A program made the position numbers and the translations under genes. Shown here piece by piece: positions 24,601 to 38,403 of a stretch of DNA of 64,000 nucleotides. The DNA comes from Flaccisagitta enflata (taxonomy: Eukaryota). The notes under the pieces were generated by a model. That model did no database searches and had not been told where the DNA came from. It worked only from the letters and a program-made list of their open reading frames with translations. The stretch covers positions 6,262,001 to 6,326,000 of the forward strand of contig OZ231126.1 in assembly GCA_965153355.1 (NCBI GenBank), given 5' to 3'. Each line of letters begins with the position of its first letter. Position 1 is the stretch's first letter.

Positions 24601-27600
24601 CTCTAATCTGTACTACAACGTAGATGTGATTCTTCGATTTCAATTTGGATGGACTACTGTACGAATAAATGGATAAACGCTCATAAAAGAGCGTGTACAA
24701 AAAAAAGAGCTGTGCTTGTAGGAAAACGTCAGGTCACGTCACTTCTTCCGAAGATTCTGGGGAGAATATCGGTGACGATTAAGGAAGATTTACAGTGTGT
24801 ATAGTTTTTGATGAAAACAGAAATTTTACAAGACTTGATAAATGGGCTGAATATAGTGGGTGACCTATTTTACCCCGTCACCCACTTGCCAGGCCAAACT
24901 TACCTCCAGTTGGGAGTTGATGTGGCTTTTTTCTACGAGGGAGTGAAGAACGTTGAGAACCGAATGTACGTTCCAAATGGTTGGATGAGTCCGGATGTGG
25001 TTAATGTCGCTGGCCTCTAACTTTGTCAAATTCGACCTAATATGCAAAATGGATGTGATGTGAACTTGAAATGTCAAAACACGGATAGTACAAAACAAAC
25101 ACAAAATATGACGTTAATGGGTGTAAATGAGGTACTTAGTACATGCAGTTTACCAAGCAAAACGGAATGACATCAAATCTCACTTATCAAATCAAACCCC
25201 GCAATAACGGCTGTCAAAGATACATACAGTCATGCTTGGATAAATTGCAACTGGATTCTCGAGCCTATCACTCAGTCAAAAATCAGAAAAACTTAGCAAA
25301 ATCCCAGATGAAATTGAAGCTCTTCAAAAGATGAAGAGATTGAGACCAAGTAGAACAAATTTTGTTGATGCATATAGATGGAATGCTGTTTTAAAGAGAA
25401 GGACTAAAAAATGGGGAGGGAAATTCATCATATTTGAGCGTTATTTCTATTGGTGATATTTTTCTTCAAACCTTTATTATTTCTAAAAGAATGAAGCCAC
25501 AATGACCAGCAATATCGCATTTGGAAGATTTTTTGCAGAGCCTTCAAATGGTCATGAATGTTTTATGGTTTGGGCCCTTAGTTTGACCAAACCTAAAAGA
25601 ACAAGAAGAGATTAACATGCAATGTCGGTGGTCTCTCTACCTAAATTACCTCATTAGCTTTGCAACCTTAATGTCCTGCAGAATCTTGAAAAGTGGTGAA
25701 AATGGTAGCAAATTAACTAAATATTGATGCTAACCTGTCGAAAAATATTCAATTTATACAGTTTGACCGATTAAGTATCGCTCAATGATCAAATAAAGTT
25801 CCAGTTGCAATTTATTCAAGCAGGACTGTATTTTTAGGTGCGGCAAAGCATCTCTTTAACTGGCTGTGTCCGTTGGTCGGTTGGTCGGTTGGTCGGTCGG
25901 TCGGTCGGTCTGTCTGTCGGTAACGCATCCGTTCGACGATCCACACGTCGCACCTTATTGGCCTACTTGGCCTTGTTTCTTCTTTAATTTAAGCGGTATT
26001 AACGGATTTCTGCAATCGCTAACATGAGTAAAGGAAACTGATAAGAAGGGACCAGCATTTCACATCTGTTATGGCCGGATTTTCGTTACTCTTGGATCCG
26101 GTATGGTATAGCGGGGTGTATTTGTGCGAAAAATGCACCAAAAGCACAACTGACCGACGACGAAAAGCATGTCTCAAAAACTATTGAAACCTGAAAAGGC
26201 TGAAGGATTGGAACTGGTAGATGAACTCGTCGATAATATCCCAGAGCCATTGGTTGGGCAGTTCGCGGTTGATGGGTCCGTCGTTGTTGAGGATGAAGTT
26301 GAAAAGGTTGCAGTAGTTGTAGTAAGACTCGTAACGATGCTCGAAGGTGGGAGCGTGAGCTACGCGAGCGTAAATGTGACGGAAGTACAACTCTTTGTAC
26401 AAGATCAGGAAGAACGGATCGTTTTGGCCTGGAAGAAGTAGGCGGAATGGAGGGTGAGATAAATTTGGAGATGGAGATTGAAGAAGGGTGGGTGGGGTGG
26501 GGTTGGTACTTTGTATGGTCTAGCAAACCGGTTTTTTTAAAATCGCAGTATGGAGTAGAGAGCATAAAACAAGGTCAAGCACAACTCTTTGTACCCTGTG
26601 TTGGGCTGTTGGCCCTATCCTTGGAGTATCGATAGATAGGAGCATTGAGTGGGGTGGGTTTTGGGTGGGGGAGAGATAATAGATGGGGCGCGAACGAGGT
26701 ACTGCGGAAAGAGTTCTTCGTTTGACTAACTTATCTTTTAAAATCGCGGTTCTGGAATAGGTCTGAAATAGGTCATGAGGAGTAGGAAATAAGTAAGGCC
26801 AAGTAAGAATTTTTCCCAGATGGAACGAGATGGTTAACGATGTCAAATAAAGCGCATCACCGCTCGGTGCCGCTAGCCTCAGCACGGCGAAGCTCATATG
26901 ACCGGTTGGAGGCCTTATTTCGTCTCAGGTCATGACCTCGGTGTCTGGACTTACCCATGGCTCTGGTGCATGATGAGTTTTGATGACCTCGGGGTCTGGA
27001 CTTGACCACGACTCTGGTGATGACCTCGGTGTCTGGACTTACCCATGACTGGTGATGACCTCGGTGTCTGGACTTACCCACGACTCTGGTGATGACCTCG
27101 GTGTCTGGACTTACCCACGACTCTGGTGATGACCTTGGTGTCTGGACTTACCCACGACTCTGGTGATGACCTCGGTGTCTGGCCATGGATCGTTCTTGAA
27201 AAACCGCTCCGTCAGTTTCGGGAACCCATTCTCGTAACATTCCTATGAAAAATTTACAATGGGAAAGTCGATAAGCCAATAAACCAGACAATCACAACGT
27301 GACGCGAACGAGTAGTTGGTCAACAATTAGTCAATCCGAGACAAATGCCACAAACACTGTACTATCCCTGATCGACGATCATGCAGGGCAAAAATCATTT
27401 ACATCACAGACTGTCAGTCCAAACAGTTCAGACAGACAAGGTCTCGACAGACACATGCCAAATATACACAGGCCAGACAGGCACAGTAGAGATAGACAGG
27501 CCAGACACACGCTAAACAGACACAGGCGTGATAGAGAGGCGTGATAAATAGGCCAGACAGACACTGGCCCGGCTGACAAGCGTCACACAGTGATGCAGGC

Positions 27601-28589
27601 CAGGCGAACACACCGTGCTCAAAGAAACTCTTCCCGGACCTGAATCTGCGCTACGTTTCTGTCTGCGATGACTTGCTGGAAATAAGTGAGGAAATTCCTG
27701 ATGACTTCCGGAATGACGGTGATGCCTTGAGATTGACGCGTGGGCTGGTAATGATGGCTGCTGTGACGTTGATCCAATTGGTAAGGATCGTTGAAACCAT
27801 ACCTGGTTGGCAACAAGAGGTTCCCTCTATAACTCACAAATACAGATACACACGCACAAACAAGTACAAACACACGCACAAACAAACACTCTCACACACA
27901 AATACACACACTGACACACACACAAACAAACACTCTCACACACAAATACACACACACACACGCACACACTCAAAAACACACAAACACAGAGCATTTTCTG
28001 TATGATTAAACAGAATCTCAAGTAACATGACATGCCTCTCCTCGAGCTTCTGTATTTATAACCCTTAATGACGATACAGAAACTTCTGTTTTTTCCATCC
28101 CTGCCCAAAAGTGCCTTTCTTATCCTCATTTCCAGTTGTTTCCCCCTTTTTAGTCGCGTGCTACGCGACTCTACAACCCGCTTTGTCGGTCCATCCGTCC
28201 GTCACACTTTACTTTTTTTTTTTTTTTTTTTTTTTGCGGTTATTGGCCTCAATGCTCCTGCCCAAATGATCATGTTACCTAAACTACGGCCCCTGCCCAC
28301 CCGCACGCGATTGGAGTTGCCGTGTATCCGGCCTTGTTTTCAATAAAATTGCTGCCATACTTTCTTTTTCCTAGCATCTCTCTTCTCTTTGTCGCGCTCC
28401 ATTCCTTTTAACCTTTCTTATTCCTTCTCCTCGCTCACAATTATACGCAAAAACAACAACAACAATAACAACAACAAAGCTATGAACTCACCCTCCGCCT
28501 CCACCGCCGCCGCCTCCTCCTCCTCCTCCTCCAGACACTCCAGTGCCGTAATCCTCTTCATAATCGTCGCCATCGTCGTAATCGTACAT
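21650..28589 (-). CDS. EIF3L: Eukaryotic translation initiation factor 3 subunit L
   Basis: 11 exons: 28589-28492, 27802-27640, 27242-27152, 26428-26191, 25036-24904, 24540-24340, 24183-24076, 23656-23528, 22915-22707, 22498-22321, 21784-21650. Diagnostic motifs: [87 protein letters not shown]. Confidence 0.97.
22920..23385. repeat. Degenerate 30-40-bp purine-rich minisatellite filling most of an eIF3L intron
   Basis: Units of the form AAGAAAGAGTGAATTGAAAGAAAT(TGAAAGAAAT)CATCG. Confidence 0.85.
26930..27185 (-). repeat. 37-bp tandem repeat of the eIF3L exon-3 end plus its GTAAGT donor
   Basis: Unit CCAGACACCGAGGTCATCACCAGAGTCGTGG|GTAAGT, about 7 copies, decaying into the intron. Confidence 0.92.
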
Positions 28590-30137
28590 CTTTTACGATT
28601 TAAGTGTTTGGTAATAATGTTATTATTTCCTAATCACAATATCTCCAAAAAGAAATTCATAGAACATAGAAGAGAAACATTGGAAATAAAACAAGAAAAC
28701 ATCAACCGATAAACAATATTGAGTATCAGGGAATGTATACGACGATATATCTAGACGGCAAATCCGCAGAAAAAAAAACCCCGATGCGATAAATAAATAA
28801 AACTATAACGAGAAGTCGAGAACGCGTCCTTGAAATAGGTTTGAGATCGCGCGAATGTAATAAGTAAACGACCACCATGTAAAATGAGTTATTAAACCGG
28901 AAAGTACTGTCAGCGATCTAACCTCGCCACGTAAAGAACCAGGTACTCGAATTAACAATTCAATGTAAACAAATGGAAACGAATAAATAATTGACAAACT
29001 ATAATAATAAAGAGAATTTTCACACTAAGTCTGAGTCAAAAGGATCTGGCTTTCAAAATGAGTTAATCAAGACTGCGGATTAAATTGGAACTACGACAAT
29101 GCAATAACGATCCATATAACGCGAAGGCTAAAGAAATAAAATGGGTAATTTCATATTGTAGGATTGAATGAGACCGGAAAATTCTCGCCACAATCCCTTC
29201 CATTCCAGGAACATTCTAGGGTTACACAGCGACTAGAGGAGATTTTTTACTGTGTGTTGACTAGACAGTTGATGTAGACGAAAGGTAAAACGAGAGTGAA
29301 CGAGAGAGAATGAGAGATCTACAAAGGTAAAACAAGAGAAGAGTAGGAGACTCGGAGGCCTTCCAATATCGATGGCATCGCGCAGATCGGCTTATTGAAC
29401 CGGCAAATAAAAAAAAAAAAAAGGTCATGGTAAGTGCAGGTAAGAAACAGATGGACTCTTAAAACATGAGGCAACATGAGGCAGAGAAAAACATCTAGTG
29501 TTCACGGAAGATACACGCAGATCTTGTTGGACCTTTATCGATAGCTATAGTAGTTAAACTAGTTATCAACTACGACAGGGAACGAAAAGTTTTTTGAGGG
29601 GAAGGGAAAATGGCAGACAGGGGGTAACACATAAAACAGGAGGCAGCGGGAATTCGAGCTCGGCACAATGATGATGATCGTTTCAATATAACAATTACCA
29701 ATTTTCTGCAAGTTTCACCTTTCACGACGTTCGTTTGAAAAGCGCTCATTTACGCTCATACTGCGCTGCATTCACATGCTCGCCTAATCGTCACTTACCC
29801 ACTCACCCACCCACCCATTTACTCACCCACCCGTTTACTCACCCACCCGTTTACTCACCCACCCATTTACTCACTCACCCACCCACCCATTTACCCACCT
29901 ACCCATTTACCCACCTACCCATTTACTCACTCACCCACCCATTTACTCAATCATCCACCCACCCCATTACTCACCCATTTCCTGGCCCACCAATGCACTC
30001 ACTCACACTCCCACTCACCCACCGATTTACTCACCCTCCCACTCACTCCCCCACGCACCCCTTTACTCACTCACCCACCCACCCATCCATTTACTCACGG
30101 ACTCACTTCCTCCTACAACGCCAAATACATCTCCAGA

Positions 30138-31085
30138 TTAGGCTCTACACTTATGAGAGAGAAGGAAGAATCCTAGAATAAGAACGGGAACGATAGAGAC
30201 AGAAACGACGAAGATGACCAAAGGCAGAGACCGAGTTAATGACGACGTCAATTCGTTCTTCGGTGGCTTCACATCGCGAACGCACCTAAAAACAGAAAGA
30301 AAGAAGAAATGATTAAGAGAAAGATATTCAAAGGTAGACAATAGTAATTCGCTCTTTGGTTGTTTCACATCGCGAACGCACCTAAAAACAGAAAGAAAGA
30401 AGAAATGATTAAGAGAAAGATATTCAAAGGTAGACAATGTTAATTCGCTCTTTGGTGGCTTCACATCGCGAACGCACCTAAAAACAGAAAGAGAGAAGGA
30501 ATGATTAAGAGAAAGATATTCAAAGGTAGACAATATTAATTCGCTCTTTGGTTGTTTCACATCGCGAACGCACCTAAAAACAGAAAGAAAGAAGAAATGA
30601 TTAAGAGAAAGATATTCAAAGGTAGACAATGTTAATTCGCTCTTTGGTGGCTTCACATCGCGAACGCACCTAAAAACAGAAAGAGAGAAGGAATGATTAA
30701 GAGAAAGATATTCAAAGGTAGACAATATTAATTCGCTCTTCAGTTGTTTCACATCGTGAACGCGCCTTAACAAAAAGAAAGAAATGATTAAGAGAAAGAT
30801 ATTCAAAGGTAGACAATGTTAATTCGCTCTTCGGTGGCTTCACATCGCGAACGCACTTAAAAACAGAAAGAGAGAAGAAATGATTAAGAGAAAGATATTC
30901 AAAGGTAGACAATGTTAATTCGCTCTTCGGTTGCTTCACATCGCGAACGCGCCTTAACAAAAAGAAAGAAGAAATGATTAAGAGAAAGAAACTCAGAGAA
31001 AGACAAAGACTGAGAGGTATAAGCGCGAGGACAGTGAGATAGACAGAAAAGCAGGTAGAAAGAAAAGCAGATGTGGGAAATGGGC

Positions 31086-31164
<79 letters not shown>

Positions 31165-34100
31165 GAGAGACAGAACGGAAGAGAAGAGAGAGAAAGAACG
31201 GAAGAGGAAAGAGACTAAGAAGGAAAGAAGAGGAGGGACAGTGTGAGAGAACGAATTACAATTACAGGTCATGCGTCAACAAACCAGTGGCAAGTTAACA
31301 ACATAGTAACATACCATTCCATAGATCGGCATCTTTATCATTAGGCAAGTGAAAAGATTTATAACGACAACGTACCTTTCCATCCGTTCAGCGATTTGAT
31401 CCAGGGTGAATGAGAGTTGGCATGTTTGCCTCTGTTGAGGGCTGCCTCTACAACGCGCGGGTTCCAGGTACCTGAAACGACAAAAAAGCCAGGCTGATAG
31501 TAAGCCCAACTATCGTTGAATAGCCAAGATGGCAAATAGTACAAACCCCACCAAGGCTTACACATATCATTGACTGTAACAGTAATACAGGGATGCCCTG
31601 GGAAAAAGTCACAATTACTATTTCATTTATAAATTACTTTAAGATTATACTAACTTTATAGGGCTTTCAAAACGGACCGTACTCATAGTCATACCAGTCA
31701 TCTTTATGCTGGATTCCTCTTTGCGGCGTCGATCCCCATGACATAACAACGCCGCCTCCATGCCTCCTTTCCCGCGTAACTTTTTCCTCTTCTCCTGTAA
31801 ATGATACCATTCCTTCTTTTGTAGGATTAGCCTCTTCTCCTCCTCTTTCTAAAATCCCTCTCCTTTCCCTTGTTTGATTAGCCTCTCTTTGTCCTCTAAT
31901 TGGTTTTGCCTCTCTTCTTCCTCCATTCAAAGCTCCTTCATATGAAACTCCTCTTCCTCTTTTCACTAGCTTAACCCTAATTGGCTTAACCCTCCCCTCT
32001 CCTCTCGATGGTTCCTCCTTTCGCCTTCCTCCGTCTGAGACTCCTCTTCCTCCGTCTGAGACTCCTCTTCCTCCGTCCGTGACTCCTCTCCCTCCGTCCG
32101 TGACTCCTCTTCCTCCATCTGAGACTCCTCTTCCTCCATCTGAGACTCCCCTTCCTCCATCTGAGACTCCCCTTCCTCCATCTGAGACTCCCCTTCCTCC
32201 ATCTGAGACTCCCCTTCCTCCATCTGAGACTCCTCTTCCTCCATCTGAGACTCCTCTTCCTCCATCTGAGGCTCCTCTTTCTCCGTCTGAGACTCTTCTC
32301 CTTCCTCTTGTTGGTCTTGTCTTTCTCTTGAAACCCTCAATGGGCTGGTATGGCCATGGCACCTTGGCAGTCAGTTCTGGGAAATAAAGTTTGGAACATG
32401 GAATTTCATACTAAGTCAGTTGCTGCGAGTCGCTAAGCGATCTTATTTCTAGCATCATTCAGCTGTCACTACATCAAATGTTAAAGATTGTAAAATGCGT
32501 TGCGCCGGTATAACATCCCATTCAAAAATTTCATTTCACGATAACACAAACTTCATTATATCCTTTTAAATTACCAGAGCCGGGGTGTGACGGGCCCTTG
32601 GGAACGCCGTAGGCGTCGACCAAAAATTTTACATGAGATTTAGCCTCGGTGACGAGAAGGGTGATATCCGATTTACGACAGCCGACCCCGAGGGCAGGGT
32701 CTGTCTCTAGGCGGGGAGTGAGCTTTGTTGAACCTAGAGTTGCAGGAGAGAGTGAATTCAAGGAGGAGCAGGTGAGAAGCTACATAAGTCGATTGGGGTT
32801 GAGTTAGGAAGGTTAGGACGTTGACGTTCCAACCTGGAGCCCACATCACAACGCCACACTTAATGACGCCATGACCTGATCTCACTCACTCATTTATTCA
32901 CTCACTCATTCATTCATTCACTCACTCATTCACTCATTCATTCATTACCTCACTCATTAATTCACTCACTCATTCACTCACTCATTCATTCACTCATTCA
33001 CTCACTCATTCATTCACTCATTCATTCACTCATTCATTCACTCATTCATTCACTCATTCATGCATTCATTCATTCACTCATTCATGCATTCATTCATTAA
33101 CTCACTCATGCATTCATTCATTAACTCACTCATTCATTAACTCATTCATTCATTAACTCATTCATTCATTAACTCATTCATTCATTCACTCACTCGCTTA
33201 TTCACTTGCTACACACACACCTTCCCGACCAAACACCACATCTCACCAGGTGAGTTTCGGACGTTGATGGAATACTCCCAAAAGCAGACGCTGACGACTC
33301 CTTGGACTATCATGATGAAGGAGGAGAGAATGATGAGATTACGCAGCCGATTGATCAATTGATTCGATTCTGGATCTTGCACTGTAAGAGAGAATGAAGA
33401 GACATTACATGCGTGGAAACAAAAGCTGGTCAATTTGTTACTGTAACGGACCCAAGAGTATCGAAAAATGGGAATCCACCAAAAATAAACATATTAACCC
33501 AGTGCCTTCTTATCATTTCTTTTATTGACAGTAACAGAAATCCACATGACGCATCATATTTGTTATAACCTCGATCTCCGTTAGTCGGGGATTCAACAGT
33601 ATCCGCGTGGCATTTCCACAATCAACCCTCCCCCCCCCTTTCCCCTGGACGTGACTCACTTCTCCGTTGTCCCGGCTGGTTCCAATTTCTTCTCATTTGT
33701 GTGAAACGATCAGACCACAAAGGCGACGATTCACCACCACCTCCTCCTCCTCCTCCACCAACAGCATTATCCACCTCAACATGTTCTCTAACCGGTCCAT
33801 TCTCTCTCCCCCGACCCTCTCCTCTTCTTCCTCCTCCCCTTCCCGTCGGGAGTGCATTTCCCCTTGAGTTGCCTTCAGCCGCTGACGCGCCTCCATCTTC
33901 ACCACCCGCCCCTTCCCTCCCACCTCTTCCGCCCTCTCCACCTCCTCCTCCTCCTCCCCTGGTAGGGCGTGGTCTGGCGTTGATAGACACGGTGGAGTCG
34001 ATGGCTAGCGACGGACGTCTCGAGACTGAAGCGGGGCCCTGTAAGTTGGTTTCATGCGATTGAATGTGAAACATTGACTATTGAAGCTGTAAGGGTTGGG

Positions 34101-35923
34101 GGTGGGGTTGCTACTACTATCTACGGACACCTGAAAATAAGCATCAACTTTATAAAAGCGCTGCGACTAAATAAACTTAGTAACTGACTCCAGATTGGCT
34201 ATATCTGAAAAAATAAAGATAATTCAATGAAATAGAATCAATCCAGGATTGGAAGCTCAATTTTTTGGGAGCATCATTTTTCCAAAGTTGATGCTTATTT
34301 TCAGATGTCCGAATAGTTATGAGCAAGATGGTTTTAGAGATTTTGCCCGCTCCACAAATTGTATTTTCATAGCCTCTTTGTGTACCTGATTGACTGCGGC
34401 ATCGGGCCGATTTGTGGTGTGTGCCAACGGTTGAAGTGGGATAGACACTTCGGACAAATGATGTTGATGAAACACGTTGTGGTGGTTGTTGATGTTGCCG
34501 TTGTTGATGGTGCCCACACTTCCTTCGGGACGAGTCAATGAACTGCGGGAAAAAAACGAGATAGAATGGTTTTGATTTGAGCGACTCGAGAAGAGACATA
34601 GTCCGTCCATCGGTACTTCGGTCTGTCAGGGATAGTCGGAGCCGAAAAATGAAGAAACGCGCATCTAAGATGCTGCTGTGTGATTTGTGCTTTTGTTTGT
34701 TTGTGTCTGTGAGAGTGGAAGTGATAGTGAAGAGGCATAACGTCAAAATTAATGCCAGAAAACCCCAAAATGTGCAACAAAGCGAAGGCGTAACGCAGGG
34801 CGGAAGTTCGGTCCGACAGACGGACGGACGCACCAGTGGAAAGAGAAAGCGACGTAAGTGATTAAATGGATGTATGTGTTTTACCCGCCGTGTGCAAATC
34901 TGACGAGAACTTCCACTCCGTGAAGGGAAGCTCTCGGGGAAGGCGTGGCCGTGGACGGGAGAAAAGGAGAAGCGATGAAATCCTGCTCGCTGATTGGATG
35001 GCGACATAACGGACAACACGGCGGAGATGGCGTCTGTTTGAGAAACATCAATTCCAAGAGAAAGAGGATGTATATCTCACACATTTCATGAGAGATTGAC
35101 GTTTTGACCTCAACTTTGACATCAAATGGCATCCAATGGCTAGGCCTATGCTCGTTGTTCTCACTCGACGGCTTCGAAAGTAAGGGAAATCCGCCAATAA
35201 CCGTTACAAAGTCTCGGTCCTTAGGCCTACATATCATTTTATATCATTTCTTGTGATGGAAATACTAGAAATTCGTCTATAACATAAGAGATCGATTCAT
35301 TAAATAAAATTGTCATAAGTATTCTAGTTCTAATCCTAATTCAGAGAAGTGAACGCTATTTTACCAAGTGCAAACATAAGATTTTAGATTCTGTTTTGTG
35401 GAAAACTAGGAGTGGTGCGCGTATTAACTAGTCAGTGAGGGTTCAGAAGGCCCTCTTCCATTTATTTTAGTTTGGGTTTAGTGAGGGATATTGTTCCACC
35501 TATCATAACATATAATGGATGTTTGCTAAGTTAGTTTTGCTAAATGGAAAACTAGGAGTGATGCGCGTAGTAACTAGTCAGTGAAGGCTAACAAGGCCCT
35601 CTTCCATAGTCTTCAGTTTGGGTACCATAAAATAAATTAGTCCCTTCACATCTGTTGTGGCGGGGTTCAACTAATATATTAGGAAGTGTAAGTCTGAACA
35701 GAAATGGCATACACTGATTGAGAATGGCAACATCCATTCTTCTAACCTGCGGTTGATTTTGGTCCCTTTGATTCATAGCCAGTCTAGAGACGTAGATATG
35801 AGATCGAATGCATGAAGAGCAGAATCGATGGCCACAAGTCGTGTAAACCGGATTGTCGAAGGTCCCCAAGCAGATGGGACATTCCGCGTTGCCGGATATA
35901 CCGGAAATAGAAGATCCCGGCAT
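30138..35923 (-). CDS. RING-HC (C3HC4) finger protein with two predicted transmembrane helices; putative membrane E3 ligase
   Basis: Phase-consistent exons 35923-35747 ([24 protein letters not shown]), 35033-34885 (CPLCR), 34542-34386, 34038-33660, 33381-33247 (TM1 [20 protein letters not shown]), 32733-32575, 32376-31695 (GGRGVSD repeats), 31471-31376, 30285-30138 (TM2 [23 protein letters not shown]). The RING is secure; the downstream exons are less so. Confidence 0.65.
30250..30965 (-). repeat. 96-bp tandem repeat of the acceptor plus start of the last RING-gene exon, 8 copies
   Basis: Acceptor-like sites near 30286, 30382, 30478, 30574, 30670, 30766, 30857 and 30953. Confidence 0.92.
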
Positions 35924-36918
35924 TTTGACGAGGCGGAGAGTGTCTAGAAGTAGAAACAAGTCTAGCTTTTGTAGTTATTCATGCAGAGACGACTTTCGCC
36001 ATTGCAGTTATTCCGTTGCATTTTGACAAACGACTCTCACCAGTTATTCATGCAGTCAGCACAGAGTTGTTTTTTTTTTTTTTTGTAGCTCGTATATTAT
36101 CATCTCGAAGGCGCCAATTTTGTTTCCCCTTCCTTCTTTAAGTTTCTCAGCTTTTCATACAGCCAATTTTTCTTCCCTCAAAAACCACAAGTGTTGTTTT
36201 TGTTGTTGTTGTTGTTGTTGTTGTGGTTGTTGTTGATGTGGTTGTGGTTGTTGTTGTTTTGTAAGCTGGTGTTTGTCTTGGATTTCTTCACTCTCGTTTT
36301 TCCCCAACCAAGAAGATTTTCTTCGACGGCTGATGACTAAGCGATGCGCCGATGCCTATCCATTCCTCCACATCCCGTCTCTGTCTCTGGCATAAAATAT
36401 CTTCACCACCACGAATGATGATGATGATGAATTCATTCAAACGGGGTTAAAGAGTGCGAGTGAAGAAAGGGAAGTCATGCTTAATCATATCTGGATAGAC
36501 TGGCCAAGTTGTCGCGGCCGAATTCTATGTGGGTTTTCTTTTTTCGTGTGACTCGCTTGCATCATCTTTAAGGGTTTTTTTTTTTAATCTTTGAGCCATG
36601 GGCACGTTATGGAGAAAACCCAATCATTAATAACATGTTAAGCATCTGTTGAACAACGTAAAGTTTGTACGTTTCAAAAAAAAAATTATCAGATTTTTTT
36701 TCAACGAACTGGAAAATCGGCACATGTTAGACATGTTCAATGAATGCTATGTCAACGGACTTACAAATCAGCGATGAGCGCGAAAAAAGAAAGAGGGAAA
36801 TGATTTTTTAGTTGCGGACACGCAATTCTATAAGAAGCATTGTCGGTCCGTCGGTCCGTCGGTCCATCCAGTTACATGGTGATCGAGTCAAAAAGTGGAA
36901 AAACGGGCGTTTCAGATA

Positions 36919-37320
36919 CAGAAGCAATGAAAATACAATAAGAGGAGCAGCCAAAATCTCTAGCAACCCCCCCTGCAGCTTAAATGATTAATATTAAATT
37001 AGCTTTTAAGGTAGCAGCTTATAACTTGTCCTAATAGAATTCCCGCCATCAAGGCAATTTTTTCATTTCAACTTAGTTTTCAAGAAACGGCCTATTAAAG
37101 GGTCAAAATCGACCGTTTTTGCAAGTGTTGAAGTTTGCCCAATTTTGGCTATTATCTCAGTTACTATGAAGAAATTGAAAAATTGCCTTGATGGCGGGAA
37201 TTGAATTGAAATATACTAGCATCTACCATTTCACTCACCCCTATTATATTCACAGTAAAAGCTGCAGGGGGGGTTGCTAGAGATTTTGCGACTCCTCGCA
37301 TTGTATTTTCATTGCAACTG
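36919..37320. mobile_element. TA-flanked MITE family B, copy 2, nested in a short HINE-like repeat (~36805-37430)
   Basis: TA|CAGAAGCAATGAAAATACAAT...ATTGTATTTTCATTGCAACTG|TA, colinear with 18760-19160. Confidence 0.82.
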
Positions 37321-37700
37321 TATTTTTTGTGAATGTTTGATTGTAGGGGTGGGGTTGAAGTGTGGAGGGTGTTTGGACGCCCCTGCCCACACGTCCGCAA
37401 CGATTTTGTGACCTCGCGTCACTTATTCATCACATCGGACGATTTTCTTGTTAGTGATCAAGACGGAACGAGTAACATAGAGCGTAAACAGGGCGTGAGA
37501 ATCCCATAACACTTAAATGATAACGTAACAGAGAATTAACAACGAAAATGGTCATCTTCCAATCGATGGATCAAAATGAGGCAAGTAAAAAAAGATGGGA
37601 AGGACATCCGATGAAGGGAAAAGAAGCGGAAGACCGATGTGATGAGTGAGTGAGTGAGTGAGTGAGTGAGTGAGAGAGAGAGAGAGAGAAAGAGTGAGAG

Positions 37701-37767
<67 letters not shown>

Positions 37768-37815
37768 AGGAAAGAAAGAAAAAAGAAAGAGAGAAAAAAA
37801 GAAAGAGAGAAAGAG

Positions 37816-37858
<43 letters not shown>

Positions 37859-37891
37859 AAAAAAGAAAGAAAGAAAGAAAGAGACAGGGAG

Positions 37892-37923
<32 letters not shown>

Positions 37924-38403
37924 GTGAGAGAAAGAAAGAGACAGGGAGAAGAAAGAAACAAAGAAAGAAAGATAGAGTGAGAGAAAGAAAGAGAATGAGA
38001 GAGGGATGATTATCTATGGACTTCAATGATGATCACGGAATCAAATTCTGGATTGAGTTTCACATAGGCTAAGTAAGGAGGGTCATCGGCTTTCCATCCC
38101 TATGTTCACGCTGTAAAGCCTAAAGGCGGAGGAAAAGCATAGAAATGGGGGAATGGAGTCCTTGCACTTGGACGCCATATTCAGTATATTTAGTAGACGA
38201 CGAACTGAGAATTTCGCCTCCTCGTCGATCGATAATGAGACGAGGAGTACGCGCATCAACGCGGATGTGACGGTGGAAGAGATCGACAGAGACGCGCTTG
38301 GAAGAAAGAGAGAGAGAGAGAGAGAGGATCCGGGGATCTACGAAAAAATTTCTGCGAAGCGAAAAAGCATCGCAACGCCCTATTCAGCCTCACAACATCG
38401 TCG

